Shown here in pieces: positions 32,675-45,542 of a DNA stretch of 64,000 nt (its first letter is position 1; each line of letters begins with the position of its first letter). The notes under the pieces are model-generated. The model had not been told where the DNA came from. It saw only the letters and a list, made by a program, of their open reading frames with translations, and searched no databases. The position numbers were made by a program, and so were the translations under genes. Source of the DNA: Minutocellus sp. GHC0000111 (taxonomy: Eukaryota); assembly GCA_977018835.1 (NCBI GenBank), contig OZ361258.1, positions 744,001-808,000 of the forward strand. Reading direction: 5' to 3'.

Positions 32675-33948
32675 CTACGGCGGTCCTACTTCCCCCCTCC
32701 CCTTCTCCCACAAATACTTAGTGTAGGCGCCAGAGTCTCGCGTGAGCAGTTCGCGCAGCTCGTCTGGAACAAGAGATGTATTGCCGATATTCCTTCCAAT
32801 AACATCATGAAGACACAGCAGTTTTTGCTGAGAATTCTCCAGTGCAGGTACCATTCTTACTCTGGACTCCCACAACCCCATTAGGCGAGTCTGGAAATGA
32901 TCATATATCATCCGGTCCACAGTCAAAATATTTATCAACTCTTTTCGTTCCGACTCAGTTGGCATTTCATATTCTTTCGGCTGTGCCTTCGCTGCCACCT
33001 TGAAATTATGCCAAACAAGTTCCGTGAGGGCTATTTCTGGCAGAGCATCTCCAAAGAGAATCAAACTCTCTTCCATATGCTCCAGTATTAGGACAAGATT
33101 CATATCACGTTCGAGATTATCAATAAAGTCCATAATTCTCCCTTTGTCTTGGTCGTACTTTGTAGAATTGTTATTCCAGTGATACCAGCCCAAGGCATAT
33201 CCCAAGTTATTCAAAAATACAGCTGATTGCCATTTGCTCTGATCATCAATCGTTCTCAAGTAATCCAGAAATGCTCGCCAGCTCTTGTACCTATGTGGAA
33301 AGAAGTTGTAGGCACTGATAGTCCGAGATACAGGTTCCCTCAGTACCGTGAATGTCATCATTGGACTTCTCAGATACTCGCTGAATGACGTATGATTGAA
33401 CACGGCATGATTGGATATTGCGTCAAACTTCTGCGGGCTAGTCGACCGATTGTTTTTATTCGTCATGCCCCGCACATTTCCTGGAAACGGACCAGGCCAA
33501 CCCAAGTACGTTATGTCATCAGGGACCATTTTCGTCATGTTCCTCCCGTCGACGAGGCGATTGATGATCCCAGCAATTGTCGATCCACCAGTCTTGTGAG
33601 GCTTGACAAATCCCAGCGACTTCGATATTTTGTTGATATTGGAAGATTCTCTCCTCACATTCTGAGTTGGATCGACGCCACAAGCCGACGTGAGAAGATG
33701 GGGAAAATGCGGATAAGTATTTTCGTTGGCGGCAAGTGCGTCATTTTTCCTCTGCAATTTTCCGGTCAATGGAAGAAGGATGATCCCGATCTTGACTTGG
33801 CACCGAACCAAGTCAAAATTGGCAACAAAGGGAGTAGAAGCAATGCATATTTGGTGGTATCCGTCCAGGAAGCCATGCCATCGGCATGATGAGCAATTGA
33901 TTTGACTCGACTCGTTGACTCGTAGCTCCTGGGCATGGCTGAGGCCAT
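32675..33948 (-). CDS. Galactose-3-O-sulfotransferase-like Golgi sulfotransferase
   Basis: PAPS motifs FVKPHKTGGST and TVLREPVSRTISAYNF. The probable signal anchor YALLLLPLLPILTWF lies in a different frame upstream (33766-33948), so the 5' model is uncertain. Confidence 0.8.
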
Positions 33949-34379
33949 ACTAAATAGTCAAGTCAAGCAAGCAAGCAAGAGCAAGAGGCGAGGCCAGCGT
34001 GGTCATTTTCGTCATGCTCACGTCTCAGAAAGTATGTTGGTCATTCAGGCAGGGCTAATAAAACTGTTCATCAACCAGCGACTTCGACCGAAGGCACGAG
34101 CAAAACGGCAAAGCAACAACAAGCAAGAATGAGGCCAACGACAACGATCGGCAGCGCGGCTTGAACGGAACAAAATCGACTTCACCCGGCAGCCTCTTGT
34201 GAAATGCTGCGACACAAAAATTGCCGTTGGTCGCAGAGACTCAACACGACGAATGAATCGAGTCGAATCGATTTTGTGACATGTGCTCCTACCAAAAGCG
34301 AAATTTCATCGTCGTGACCGGGAAAGCGAGATGTGGTACCACCTGTGTTGTCATCCACAAAGCCGTCGAGGGTGCGATC

Positions 34380-35560
34380 GCTAGTGATGCTTCTCCGTCA
34401 ACGGATTGAAATGCCATGCCATGAGTAAGTTTTCAGCATGTGTGTCGAGGATGGAAGCCGAAACAAGACTCCAAGATTCTCCAGCATTGACACATCCCTG
34501 GCCTTCGCCTTGGAGAGGTTGCCCGCGGGTGCCAGAGTAGCTCTCCGAGGAAAGGCCATGAGCAGTCTGGACGCGGTGGGTGGCATCACGCTTGATGAGG
34601 ACATCGGCGCGAACCACACTAGCGGGAGCGCCAGCGCGACGAGCAAGGAGAGAGCAGCAATTGGTAGCAAGACGCGATCAAAACACTTAGAGGCATTGTG
34701 GTTCGCAATGATGGCATTAATGAGAGCAATGCGACAGATGGCCATAGAAAGATTCTGCATGAGAAGGCAATCATGCGTTTGAAATCCAGATCGACCGCCT
34801 TTTTGAGACGATGAGGCCAAACAGCAGCACGGAGGGAGATGTTAAATTTGGACTCAAGAAGAGCAACAAGACGAAGTTTGTGAGAATGAGGACAACCAGG
34901 GGTCTTTTCAAGCATTACATCCACAATTTGTTGCCAGCTCTTTGGGGCAAATCCATGTTGGTGAGGAAAGAGATCCATTTCTGAACGCAATCGAGCAACC
35001 GATTTAATTCGGGTCCAAGCATGAGTGTGTCCGAGATGAACGCCTGAAGGAGAGGATGATTTCCGTTCCGATGCATGCCGCACGATGTCGCACCATTCTT
35101 TTCGAGAAACGTTAAGATCGATCGGTGGGGAGTCTCGGGAAGCCTCGGTATGTTGCCAATTCCGAAGCCATGCTTGTGGGATGGGGTCATCAGTCAACTC
35201 CGTCACATCGAGTGCACCAGCAAAAAGCAAGCGATCACATTCAGGGGTAAAAGGCCAAAGGGGCCCAGAATCTCTTTGAATCTTCCTTGGGCAAGGGGAG
35301 TGCAATTAGCCTGTCTGCTTTGGGTGGTATCGCGTTCATGGTTGCTTGGAGTTGTTGCGATGAGTTATGCCTCGTCATGGCTTGCAGGTCCGCATGTGCC
35401 TTTCGCATTTATTATTTCTTCCTGATCTTCTCTCACGTTGCTGGTCAGCTTGAGGAAGCGACTTGCGATTGCAGGTATGCGAGCAGATTGGCTAAGATTT
35501 CACAGCCAGTCATGGATTTCATGCTGGATTGCTGCAGGTGCCGGTCAGAATGCGAGGCAC
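34380..35560 (-). mobile_element. Degenerate non-LTR retrotransposon RT fragment (Ambal-like)
   Basis: Frameshifted pieces SSSPSGVHLGH, GFAPKSWQQIVDVMLEKTPG...KLRLVALLESKFN, NASKCFDRV, RVQTAHGLS and GEGQG resemble diatom Ambal-type RT. Boundaries are approximate. Confidence 0.75.
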
Positions 35561-35662
35561 CCTGAGCAGAACATACCTTATCAGAGTCGACTCGTATTAC
35601 CAACTTGCAGGCACTGCTCACCTCGTATTTGGATAGTTTCATTACATGACATTGTGAGCAAA

Positions 35663-36100
35663 ATGGAGCCTTCGACGACCCAAGCGAAATATGATCACCA
35701 ACATACAGTCACTTGCCATTGCGGCGATGTTCGAGGATCTTTCACTTATTCCGACGCAACAATCAAGGTGTGGGATTGCAATTGCAGCGATTGTTCAATG
35801 AGAGGAAACACGCATTTCATCATTCCGGGTGATTCCTTCCAAATTCAAGGGACTCATGAGGATTATCATGCGAAAACAATCCTCTACTTGTGGGGGACCA
35901 AGACGGCACAGAGAAGGTTCTGTAAGACATGTGGGATATTGCCCTGGTATGTTCCAAGATCCAATCCGGATGGCATAGCAATTACATTTGCGTGCGCAAC
36001 TTTTGCGGAAGGTAACAAGCCGCAGATTGAGAAATGCCATTATGATGGAATCAATTGGGAGAAGAGCCACGCAGAAAGTGGCATTACGAAAGAATCTTAG
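35663..36100 (+). CDS. GFA/CENP-V (Mss4-like) zinc protein
   Basis: CHCGDV, CNCSDC, RRFCKTCG and RSNPDG. Confidence 0.9.
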   Translation: MEPSTTQAKYDHQHTVTCHCGDVRGSFTYSDATIKVWDCNCSDCSMRGNTHFIIPGDSFQIQGTHEDYHAKTILYLWGTKTAQRRFCKTCGILPWYVPRSNPDGIAITFACATFAEGNKPQIEKCHYDGINWEKSHAESGITKES

Positions 36101-36575
36101 GAGGAGGAAGAGAGGAGATCTACGTAGCTAGCTAGCAACTAGAAAAAGAAGTAGAAATATTGCTAAGCAATGGAAAAAACAAAAAATATATATGCAAATC
36201 TTCTACCGATTGTGACCATCTGTATTAATATGGATCGTGGCATGGCATTTGTTTTTCTTCGTAGTAGAGTGATTCGGGAGAAAACACACACCAGCAAATG
36301 ATCAAACACTCAAATAGCGAAGTGTCTGATCACGTAGTCTTGAGTGCCAATCAATTCAAAATATATTCCTCATTCTTCGTTGATCAGCTGGTTCGACGCT
36401 GATCGCCAATGAATGAGCAATATTTTCAAAGCAAGATTGCGTGATCAGACGTTTCAGTACTTCGGTATTTGGTGTTGTGGTCATTCACCGAATCACTCTA
36501 TTCAACATCAAATGTTTGTACAAAAGCCATCACGGCTCACTATTCATTCTCTATGGCAGTTCCAACCCTGCCCGT

Positions 36576-37381
36576 CTATTCCTTCCTTTCCATTCCAGCC
36601 ACGGCAAAGGAAGCATATGCTTCGGCAGGATCTGCTCCTATCACAACAGCCCTCCGCTCAAAGGTAGGGTCCAAGGCCTCCTCTAGAAGAAATTTACCCA
36701 CATCCATCTTGGCCATATTTGGGCCAAGCACGTCCTCAAACTTTTTCTTCTGAATGAAGTATTCGTCTCGTGGGACGCACTCTTCGCCCAAACCAACAGG
36801 TCGGACGAGCAGATAGTTGATATCGGAATCATCGGTCGCCATGAGATCCTTCTCCATGCCAGCAATATCTTTGTATTCGCGTCGAGAGACGGTCTTAAAG
36901 AGCGCCGCCATGAATTTGCCCTCACTCCTCCATTCCATGCAGGGCTTGTCTTCATTGACACCCATCGAACTCATGGCCACGATGCGTTGGACGCTGGCAT
37001 CTCTCATGGCCACGACTATGTTCTTGGTGCCTTTCCGTGCGACACGATCCCCAATGAACATTTGTCGGTTGCCCAGACCAGATATGACGGCGTCGACGCC
37101 GCTTAGGTCCACTTTGTCTCCGTTCGTCATTTCTTCCGCATCTGTAACATCGACGGTGGTGAGCTGGACCTTCTGATCAAAGTTGGGCGATTTCTTCATT
37201 TCTGCGCCATGATCTTTGCGGCAACCGCATTTCCAATTGGCTTCGTCGAGGAAGGGCATGTTCCGTTCACTGGAATACACGAGGATCTTGCCACACGCTC
37301 ATCGTCCAGGGCATGAAGGATGGCATGACGGGCACAATCACCAAAGGCCCCCGACGAGAAGAAGATTGCGATGGTTGCCAT
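36576..37381 (-). CDS. NAD(P)-binding Rossmann protein (flavin reductase/NAD_binding_10-like), with a 1-nt frame break at ~37291
   Basis: N-terminal GAFGDCARH in one frame; GVDAVISGLG, MSSMG and LVRPVGL in the next. Adding one G restores ERVGKILVYSS. Confidence 0.8.
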
Positions 37382-38067
37382 GGTGGGATTGTTCGTTTGG
37401 TGTCTACTTCCGATATCTATTGCTCTATTGCTGTTACTGGTATGTGGCAGTCGTTTGTGTTTGGGGTTGAGGAACAGATGCTCGCTCTCAAAGTCTGAAT
37501 ATAGTGTTGCTGTTGCCGTTGACGATAATGATATCTTGATACTTGCCTGGTAATGATATTCTATGGGTCGTTGGGCCGTGTGGCAAGAGCCGGGAGGAAG
37601 GGTTCATCTTTGTTCTTCCCTCGTCGGTTCGCTTGGCTTCTTGGCCATAATGATGCCTGCATACCCAGGTCAATAAAATTGCGGGAAGCGAGCCGGCCGT
37701 GCCGCGATTTCCCTCCAACAACCAAACCATCGCCAAGTGAGCAAGTGGCTTTACAAGAGCGGCCTTGCATTATCCGGCTTGGCAGCTTGACTGCCTTGGC
37801 AGCATTGCATGCATTGCATTGTTGCCGCCTTATTATCTCGGGCAGAGCCGGCACATCAGCTTTGTATTTGTATTTGAAGCAACAATTTACCGTAGTTGCT
37901 TCGGGTTTATCTTGAACGAGCGAGAGACGCAGCACATAGCACATAGCACGTGACGTGCTGCAACTGAAAGTTCAACCAGGCCTTTTTTTGCGGAACACCA
38001 AGCAAGCACAAGCGGTTCAAGTGCACCTAACTACGGCCCTCCCTATTCAACACTTTTTAATTGAAAT

Positions 38068-41000
38068 ATGAACTCGACCGCCACAGTGACAGCCTCCCCA
38101 TCGGCGGCCGCTTCGTCCTCGCGGAGGAATCGAAGGGCGATGCGTCAGCAGCAGCCCTCGTCGGCCGACAGCGTCGGGAGCGGCGGCGGCGGTACCGCCC
38201 CGGCGACGGCCACCACGGCGGCCGAGGCAGCGCGGGCAGCGCGGAGGAATCGCATCGCGGGGACCGGAATCCCGACGTCGCCCAGGGCCAATTCTGCCAG
38301 TGCCGTTTCTTCCGCTAGCAGCGGTGGCAGCGGTATCAACAAACCAGCGATTGGAAGCGGTTCGGGCAACCGCCGTGTCGGCGGCAGTCCAAGCGCGGCG
38401 GAGGTGGCGGCGGCCTTTGAGGATCTCGGGATGCCGTCCATGAATGGCACTGGCGGTAACAGCAGTGGCAATGCCAAGCAGAACGGAGCGGCGATCGGTA
38501 TCAATAGCACATCGGTCAATGGCAGAGACAGGGCATCGGCCGGAACATCGACGAGGAGTGGCAGCGTCCGCCGGTCGGGCAACACCATCCTCAGCTCGAG
38601 TGCGGCGGCGGGCAGCAATGCGAATGCGACCAATGCGGCGGCTGGTTCTGGCACCCGAGCAGCCATGCCAAGTCCGCAGGATGTGGCAGATGAGTTTGTC
38701 GGTAGACGACGGCTTCAGCAGCAGCTGCAGCAGCAGGGTCCTGCTGGTATGGACGTTACCATGTCAAACACACAAAAGGCCAGTGCCAGTGCCAATGCGG
38801 CAAGGAGCAACAGCCTGAGGGAGTCAACGACGAGCCCAATCCGGAGTCGGAATACGGCTGCCGTCAGGAACTACGTTGCATCGTCCACGAATACTGCGTC
38901 TACCACCTCCACCGCTACATCAATGAAGGCAAAGACGACAACTACTCCCACGAGGTATGCCATGGTAGAGTCCCCGTCCAAAACTCCCAGCACGTCCAAC
39001 CGGAAGCAGCAGACCCTGCGAGTTGACACGCGTTCTGGTACACGTAGTGCCAACGGTACAACCGCAACGGGGCACAGTGTTGCGTCTCCCGAGACGCATC
39101 TGGGTTCGGTCAACAGCTCCGAGCTGGGATCGCTGGCGTCACCGGTGGCTGCTTCCACCGTCGCCGACTCTCTGGCGTATTCGCAGAATACCAGCAAGGA
39201 CAGCAGTGGCTTTGTTGGTTTGGGAGGTGGCGGGTTTGGGGATGACATGCTGAGTGGTCAGGCCACCAATGACATACCGGCAACGACGACGGCGGCCAAA
39301 ACGATGAATAATGGCGGCGGTGGAGTTGCATCTACCGGTGAAGGAGAGTGGTCGAGGTCGAATGCAGTTCGACAGAATGGCAGCACCCAACCTCAGCCTC
39401 AGCCTCAGCCTCGTTTACAAATGCGAAACGGAACACAGTCTACCGCCAATGCATTCGGTGCCACGGGCCCCACCCTCACTGCGGACTCTGTCGATGATAA
39501 CTTCGACGACGGGACGCATGGTGGTGGGTCCATCACATCTCGATACGACGATCTCAGCAAGCTATCGTCCCGTTACAGCCGCCCAGACCGCGTCATGGCC
39601 CCGGTTGACGAAAGGCCTCAGCTGGCCAATCCCAATGGAACGTCTCGGTCGTTTGATTCATACGAGAACAAGTCCCATGCCACCCATGCCACCGCCATCA
39701 CTTATGGGCAGCATGATGCGAACAGTGCTGTCGGCGGTGGAGTTGGGGCAAGCACTGCGGCTGCCAAAGGAGGTGGCAGTGCAAAGCGAGACGGGACGTC
39801 CATTGATGTTGTCACACAGTCCTTCTCTCCAACGCAAAAAGGGAGCGCCTATCCTTCAAGCCAGGCGTCTGTTGGTACCAGTCGCCCCAATGGAACCTTT
39901 GACGACGAAGACACCAATACTGTTGGTAGTCAGCTCACCGACGACCGGTCGTGGTCTCGTTCGGTCAACCTTCGTCAGCAGCAATTACGTGCTCAGGGCA
40001 GGGACTACGACGACGATGCTGACAGTCGAGGTAGTCGCCGTCGTCGAAAGAGTGGCAAGAAAGGAGGAAAAGATTCTTCGGGTGAAGGCGATTTGACCGG
40101 CTGGGCTCTCAATGCGGATGATATGAACCACTTCAAGGAGCAAGTCGATCAACCGCAGGTGAAGGCGGCATTGGGTGCCTCGGCTGCTGTCGTTGCCGGT
40201 GGTAAGTCGCACTATGATGCGTGTAGTTGTCTATACAATGATACTCGTTTGGTTTTACTGCCCTCGTTTGCAACCGTAAAACCATTCCTTTTTCCTCATC
40301 TATTTTCTCTTTCCTTTGTTATTCAAAAATTTTAGCTGCAATTTTCGGACCTGCTGGAGTTTTGCTTGGGGCTGCAGCAGTGGGGCTGGGCGTTGGAGTG
40401 ATGCAGATGCCCGAAGATCAAAGAGAGCAAATCAAGGAGAAGGCCACAGCCGCTGCCCAACAGACATTCGAGTCCGCACAGATCGCCGCTGACGCCATGG
40501 GAACGACATGTGCCACCGCGTGCGTAGAATCGGGTGTCGCCGAGAAAATTGATCCCAAATTTGCCAAATTTGTTGAGGACGGTGCTCAGAACGGATGCGG
40601 TACAACTATTGCAGCCACGGATCTAGTACAACACAATCCATGCGCTCCGATGGAGGGGGACATATTGTCTCCTCCAGATGGCGATAGCATTGTCGGTGAC
40701 GCTAATGGTGCCTCAAAGAAGACCCCAAGTCAAAGCAACGGCGCAAATGAATCTGGCGCCGAAGATTCCGGCAGTGAAAATCAAATGCCAAAGAGACGAC
40801 GGAAGGTGGCATGCATGAGGAAAGGCCGTATTGTTCCCCTGGGCCAAATACATTCCCTTGATCCTACCCGCCAACCTAAGGCATGGCTAGATGTTATGTC
40901 TTCGGCCAATACGTCAAGGGAAGAAAAGGATGAAGCGATGGAAGAGCTTTCAATCTTCATCAAGGACAAGTACACTGCTCACGCCTTGCTCGATGAGGGT

Positions 41001-41441
41001 ATTCTCGATTCTTTGTTGTATATCATTGCGTGCTTCTTCCGAACTCAAGGTAGCGCTATATTGAGAGACTCACCTGATGGGATTATGCCAATGAGTGTTC
41101 GATCAGACCCAGACTTTCTGCATGCGAAGAAAGCTGCCAATTGTTGCGTCAATCTCGGCAAGGCACATTGCGCCATTGTTCACACGGAAGCAGATGACTT
41201 GCTCATGTCCGCATACAGCAACGGGGCCGTGCCGATCGAACGGCAGCTTGCCCAAATGTTGCACGAGGTGCCGCACCACACAAGTTTGCCGACGACCCCA
41301 ACCAACAAACAAAGCGCAGAAGGTGGGGACGTCACCCCATCAAGCGAGGTGGTGTTCACACTAACAGAGCTCTCCCTCCAACATGCCGAGAGGCTATCAA
41401 TATCCATTCTGGCCTTATCACAAGGACGAATTGTTCTTTGA
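38068..41441 (+). CDS. Hypothetical protein: long low-complexity N-terminus, Gly/Ala hydrophobic hairpin, helical C-terminal domain; 2 exons (38068-40201, 40336-41441)
   Basis: A GTAAGT...TTTAG intron joins AAVVAG|AAIFGPAGVLLGAAAVGLGVG in frame. Confidence 0.75.
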
Positions 41442-41736
41442 TGGTTTATACTGATTAAAAATATGTTTAATGTGATTTACATGTTACCTTACTGGAATTT
41501 TTGCTCGTGCTAGTACGTCGTACTAGCTAGTATTCTGCAATTCTATGAATTTTTAATCCTTTTGCCGGAGAGCTCTCACGCTGCACAGGGGGAAGCAGAA
41601 TTATCTCTAATTTTTCAATGTAGGCGTGGGTTGGTAATTGTTATAAGACAGATAAGATTGAACCGAATATTTGTGCCTGGTATCTAGTGTAGTGCGCTAA
41701 GTCAGGTATGGATGAGACTTTAGGAGGAAAAGTGCA

Positions 41737-43720
41737 TTACATATCCCAGACTCCAACACCGCGTTTCCTGAGAAAGATGGAGCCGACGATGGAGCAAACA
41801 AGGAGGACTGCCATTGCACTTTCGTAGTAATAAATGCCAGCAGATGTATCGCCAATAATCTTGTAGTAGGTGTTGAAGGAGACCTATGAATCGCAAAATA
41901 AAATGCGGTAAAGAAAAGATAGGCAAGTTAAGTTCAGTTGAAAATCTTGTGAGTTTGGACAAAAGGCGGGTTCTCCTCAAACTTTTTAGACCACATACCT
42001 CATCGTACAAGTATTCTCCGTCTGCGACAGTCAAGTTCGCACGGAACTCATCAAGCGCGTTGCAGGCTTGAAAGACGCGCTCGTCACAAAGATCTCCGCC
42101 CAATACAGCACAGGCAGTAGATGACTCTGCCGATGTTTCCTCGCCGAGGACGACTGAAGGATCTTCAAAGATGTCCTCGCCATGAAGAAGCATGTTAGAA
42201 ATATGAGTTGAAATTCCAGGATACTTCATACTTGGGAGATCCTCCAGGACATCTTCTTTGTTGTCAAAGAAGGTCTTTAAGAGAGTTTCGGTCATGAAGT
42301 GGTTGGCAGAAATATATGTCAGGTAGAGGGCTGTAACATCAAGAAGTAGCTTCGCCGTTAAATAATTTTTGATCCGGCGGAGGGTGCGGGCATCAAGATC
42401 TCCAAGCTTGAGCTTGTTGCTCATATCAAACTTGATATTGCTGTAGGCCTCATCGCTCGTGAATTCGTATAGGCTGCCACTGATTCTCGCCAAGAGAACC
42501 GCAACTGCGAAGACGCAGATATAAACCAGAGTCTGGTTGTAATATTCATTGAGCTCAAGACAATCGGCAACGGCAATTTGGACGAATTCGTAAATTGCCA
42601 CGTGTGTGCAGCAAAATGCGAGCATGGTCATGGCTGCCGGCAGTGAATAAAATACCTCAAAGAGAATGTGACGGCGCGCTTCTTGCAATAGTCTCCTTGG
42701 TTTGGCGACGGTGCCTGCACCTCTGGTAACGTTGCGAGCTCGCATTTCGTTCTCCTTGAGGTAAAAGTGATCGGCATTTCCCTTCATTGCCAATTTTCTC
42801 AGGAAACGATCGCGCGAGCGAAGCTTCATACTTTCACGACGAGCAATCTTCTTGGTTGTGGAGGTCTTCTTGGCCTGCATGCGCGCACGGCGATGAAGCC
42901 GGGCCGTGGAGGTCTTTTTCATGCCCAGCACGCCGGAGGTACTCGAAGTGGTACTGGATGGAACCAAGGAGGCAAAGATGCTCGTGTCCTCTCCAGAAGT
43001 TTTGTCTTCATCGTAAGCGTCGCCATCAACGCTCAATGAAGAGCACCGGGAAATCAAAGAGCCCGAGGACGAAGAGTCGCTAGACATGACGGAGGCGTCC
43101 GACTTTGAGGCCGTGGATGAGGATGAGGAGGCCGTCGAGATCGATGACGAGGTGGAATGAGATGAGTCGTCGTCGGAAAATTCATCGAGACAGGCAAATG
43201 AGGAGGAAGACTTTGCAGTTGCACCAGCGGTGTTTGTGCTAACCTCTGCAGATGAAAAGTAAGTCGAGGAATCATTCGTTTCACGACGGTGGAGCTGCAG
43301 TGGGCGGCACGGTGGAATGAAAGACATCTTTGCATCGTCGCCGGCACGCTTCTCGAGCAACAAGGGTGGAACACTAATTATCTTCAGAAATTCTCTTGTA
43401 TTGGGTGCGACACCTTGACCACCATCTTTGGTGGTGTACTCGGTGTTCTCGTTGGTATGGCCCGAACTTTCGGTGTGGGCTGTGCTGTTGGGGGTAGCCA
43501 TGATGAGCGTGGGGATGTCATTATTGCTCGTATCATCTGCTCCATCCTGACCGGTGCCAAGTTTTTTCGTCGTCATGATGGGACTTGACGCCGACGCGTC
43601 TGGAGAGTTCGGATCTGAGATATCCTTGTCATTTGGAATCTCTGGGAGGATATGGCCTTGAGAATCTTTAATAGAATTGGGGCGATTGCCACCGCCGTGG
43701 AATGAGGCCCTGATCTTCAT
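41737..43720 (-). CDS. Hypothetical multi-pass membrane protein, 2 exons (43720-41999, 41883-41737)
   Basis: Ser-rich N-terminus and 3-4 hydrophobic segments. A GTATGT...CATAG intron yields a final TM helix and TAA at 41737-41739. Confidence 0.7.
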
Positions 43721-44382
43721 GATATGGATTCTAAAAAAAGTCAGAGGCCAGAATGGCTGGGCAAGGAGGCAGGATGAGGATAGAGCTGACCAGGTCAAGG
43801 AGGCAGGATGAGGATAGGGCTTGACTTTCTTGTTTTGAAGGACAGTCGCTTTTTGCCGGAGCTCGCGGTTGTTGCCTGGGGCTGGGAGTTTTGATGGGTT
43901 CGGGAAGAGAAAATGGATTCGGGTGCCGCCGTGACATGACAAGAGAACACGTTCGAACGTGGTTCGCAGGGGCAATAGCAATACTAGGGTCGTCTGACCT
44001 GTCAGATTGGCCAAGCAATCTCCAAAAAGAAACCAAATAACTTTTGATGTGGAGGCCCCACAGAAAAATCAAAAACACATTACTACTTTACTTTTTTGTG
44101 AGGAATGTCGCTGTGGTCTTGTTTTTGATTAAAATTAATTTTTTTTTAAATTGTTCTGCATGATCGTCTTAATTGGCCGGCCAATCTGACGAGTCAGACG
44201 ACCGTAGGCCTACGTAGTAGGAGTGCGAACCGTAACCGACGGACGACGAAAAGAGCTCTTCACATGTGACGAACGACCGAGAGCCGAGAGGCGAGGCTGA
44301 CGCGATGAGGAGAGATACCAACTGGTAGAGCAGAGCAGACGGCGGTAAGTCCAGAAGTCAAGTGCTGTGCAATCAGTTGAAA

Positions 44383-45338
44383 ATGAGATTATCGCATCAC
44401 ATTGTCGCCACCTTTGTCCTCGCCGGCAATGCCTCGGCCTTTGTGCTTCATTCGCCATGCCCGGCATCTGATGCCGCCGCTCGCGGCGCTTCCGTTTTCG
44501 TCGGTGGCGAATACAGTTCCACTGCCTTATTCCGTGGGGCCAAGAATGCCAAGAAGCAGATGGAACTGGCCAAGAAGATGGCCATGGCAAAGCAGCAGAA
44601 GCAAAGGGCTTCGGAAGAGGCCGAGGGTGGAGGGTCATCTGACAGTCAATCAGCAGCATCTTCCTCGACTTCGGCCGGCATGTCGGACGATGAGATCAAG
44701 GCGGAGAATGACCGCAAGAGGTCGATGAGCTGCTCAATTCGGAGCGCGCAACCGCCATGTTTGAATTCAACAGCGAATCTGGTTACCTAACCAGAGAGCA
44801 AGAGGAGGAGGCCGCCACTGCCGGGGCGTCTCGTGGCCGTGTTGACCGTCTCTTTGAATTGGACAGTGCCCCCACCATTCCTTTTGAGGATATTGTTAAC
44901 ATTCACACGGAAAACGCCCTGGGAGAGAGCGGTGCCAAGAACTTGGTCCCCTGGTTGCACAAGAATACCGCCAGGCACAAGGACTATTTGGTGGTAATTT
45001 CTGATCCGAGAGAAAAGAGCAGCGAATTGCGCCAGACCATCGCATCACTTTGCAAGTCTCTGCCGAAGCCGATCTTGTCCAAGACTATCGTTATCAACGC
45101 CGATGCACCGCCGGAGAATCGCAGATGGTTGAAGAAGAACAAGTTGGAAGAGGATGCCACAATATTTTCGGATGAAAAGAGGGAGTGGATGCGAGAGTAC
45201 ACCGCTCTGGGAGACAAGCGATGGAGCATGACGTGCTTTGTTCTGGGCGATGGGAAAATTCAGAAGTTGGTACGGGAGCTTGATCAAGATTTGGCCCCGA
45301 CCGTAGTGAGGAATGCTGTGAAATCTCTGGACTTCTAG
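44383..45338 (+). CDS. Plastid-targeted thioredoxin/peroxiredoxin-fold-like protein, with a 1-nt frame break at ~44722
   Basis: Presequence ...LAGNASA-F. Adding one T restores ENDRKRFDELLNS. The C-terminal VINADAP...IFSDEKREW...CFVLGDGKI resembles the AhpC/TSA fold without an evident catalytic motif. Confidence 0.65.
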
Positions 45339-45542
45339 TTAGGCTAGCAATAGAAGTAAGAGATAGATAGATGAAACATCAAATCTATGGTAAAACATTA
45401 TTGGCACATAATAGAAATCTGCTTACTTGGTACAACAAATAAAAAAGGGGAAAGATTGGAACAACAACACGACACACATATGCACATATATAATAGAAAT
45501 GGCCACCTCCACCGGACCTCAAAGTACGACGTATTGCATTCG

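Noticed and set aside
33760..33815. Short intron linking the sulfotransferase signal anchor to the catalytic ORF
   Set aside because: The GT...AG pairs I tested do not restore the frame. Left unresolved, and likely an indel error.
37280..37300. Programmed frameshift or pseudogenisation of the NAD(P)-binding gene
   Set aside because: One missing G in a short run restores an otherwise intact protein and there is no slippery site. An assembly error is more likely.
44715..44730. Two separate genes, or recoding, at 44362-44790 / 44757-45338
   Set aside because: One missing T (AGG TTC GAT) fuses them into a single plastid-targeted ORF, so this is probably a sequencing indel.
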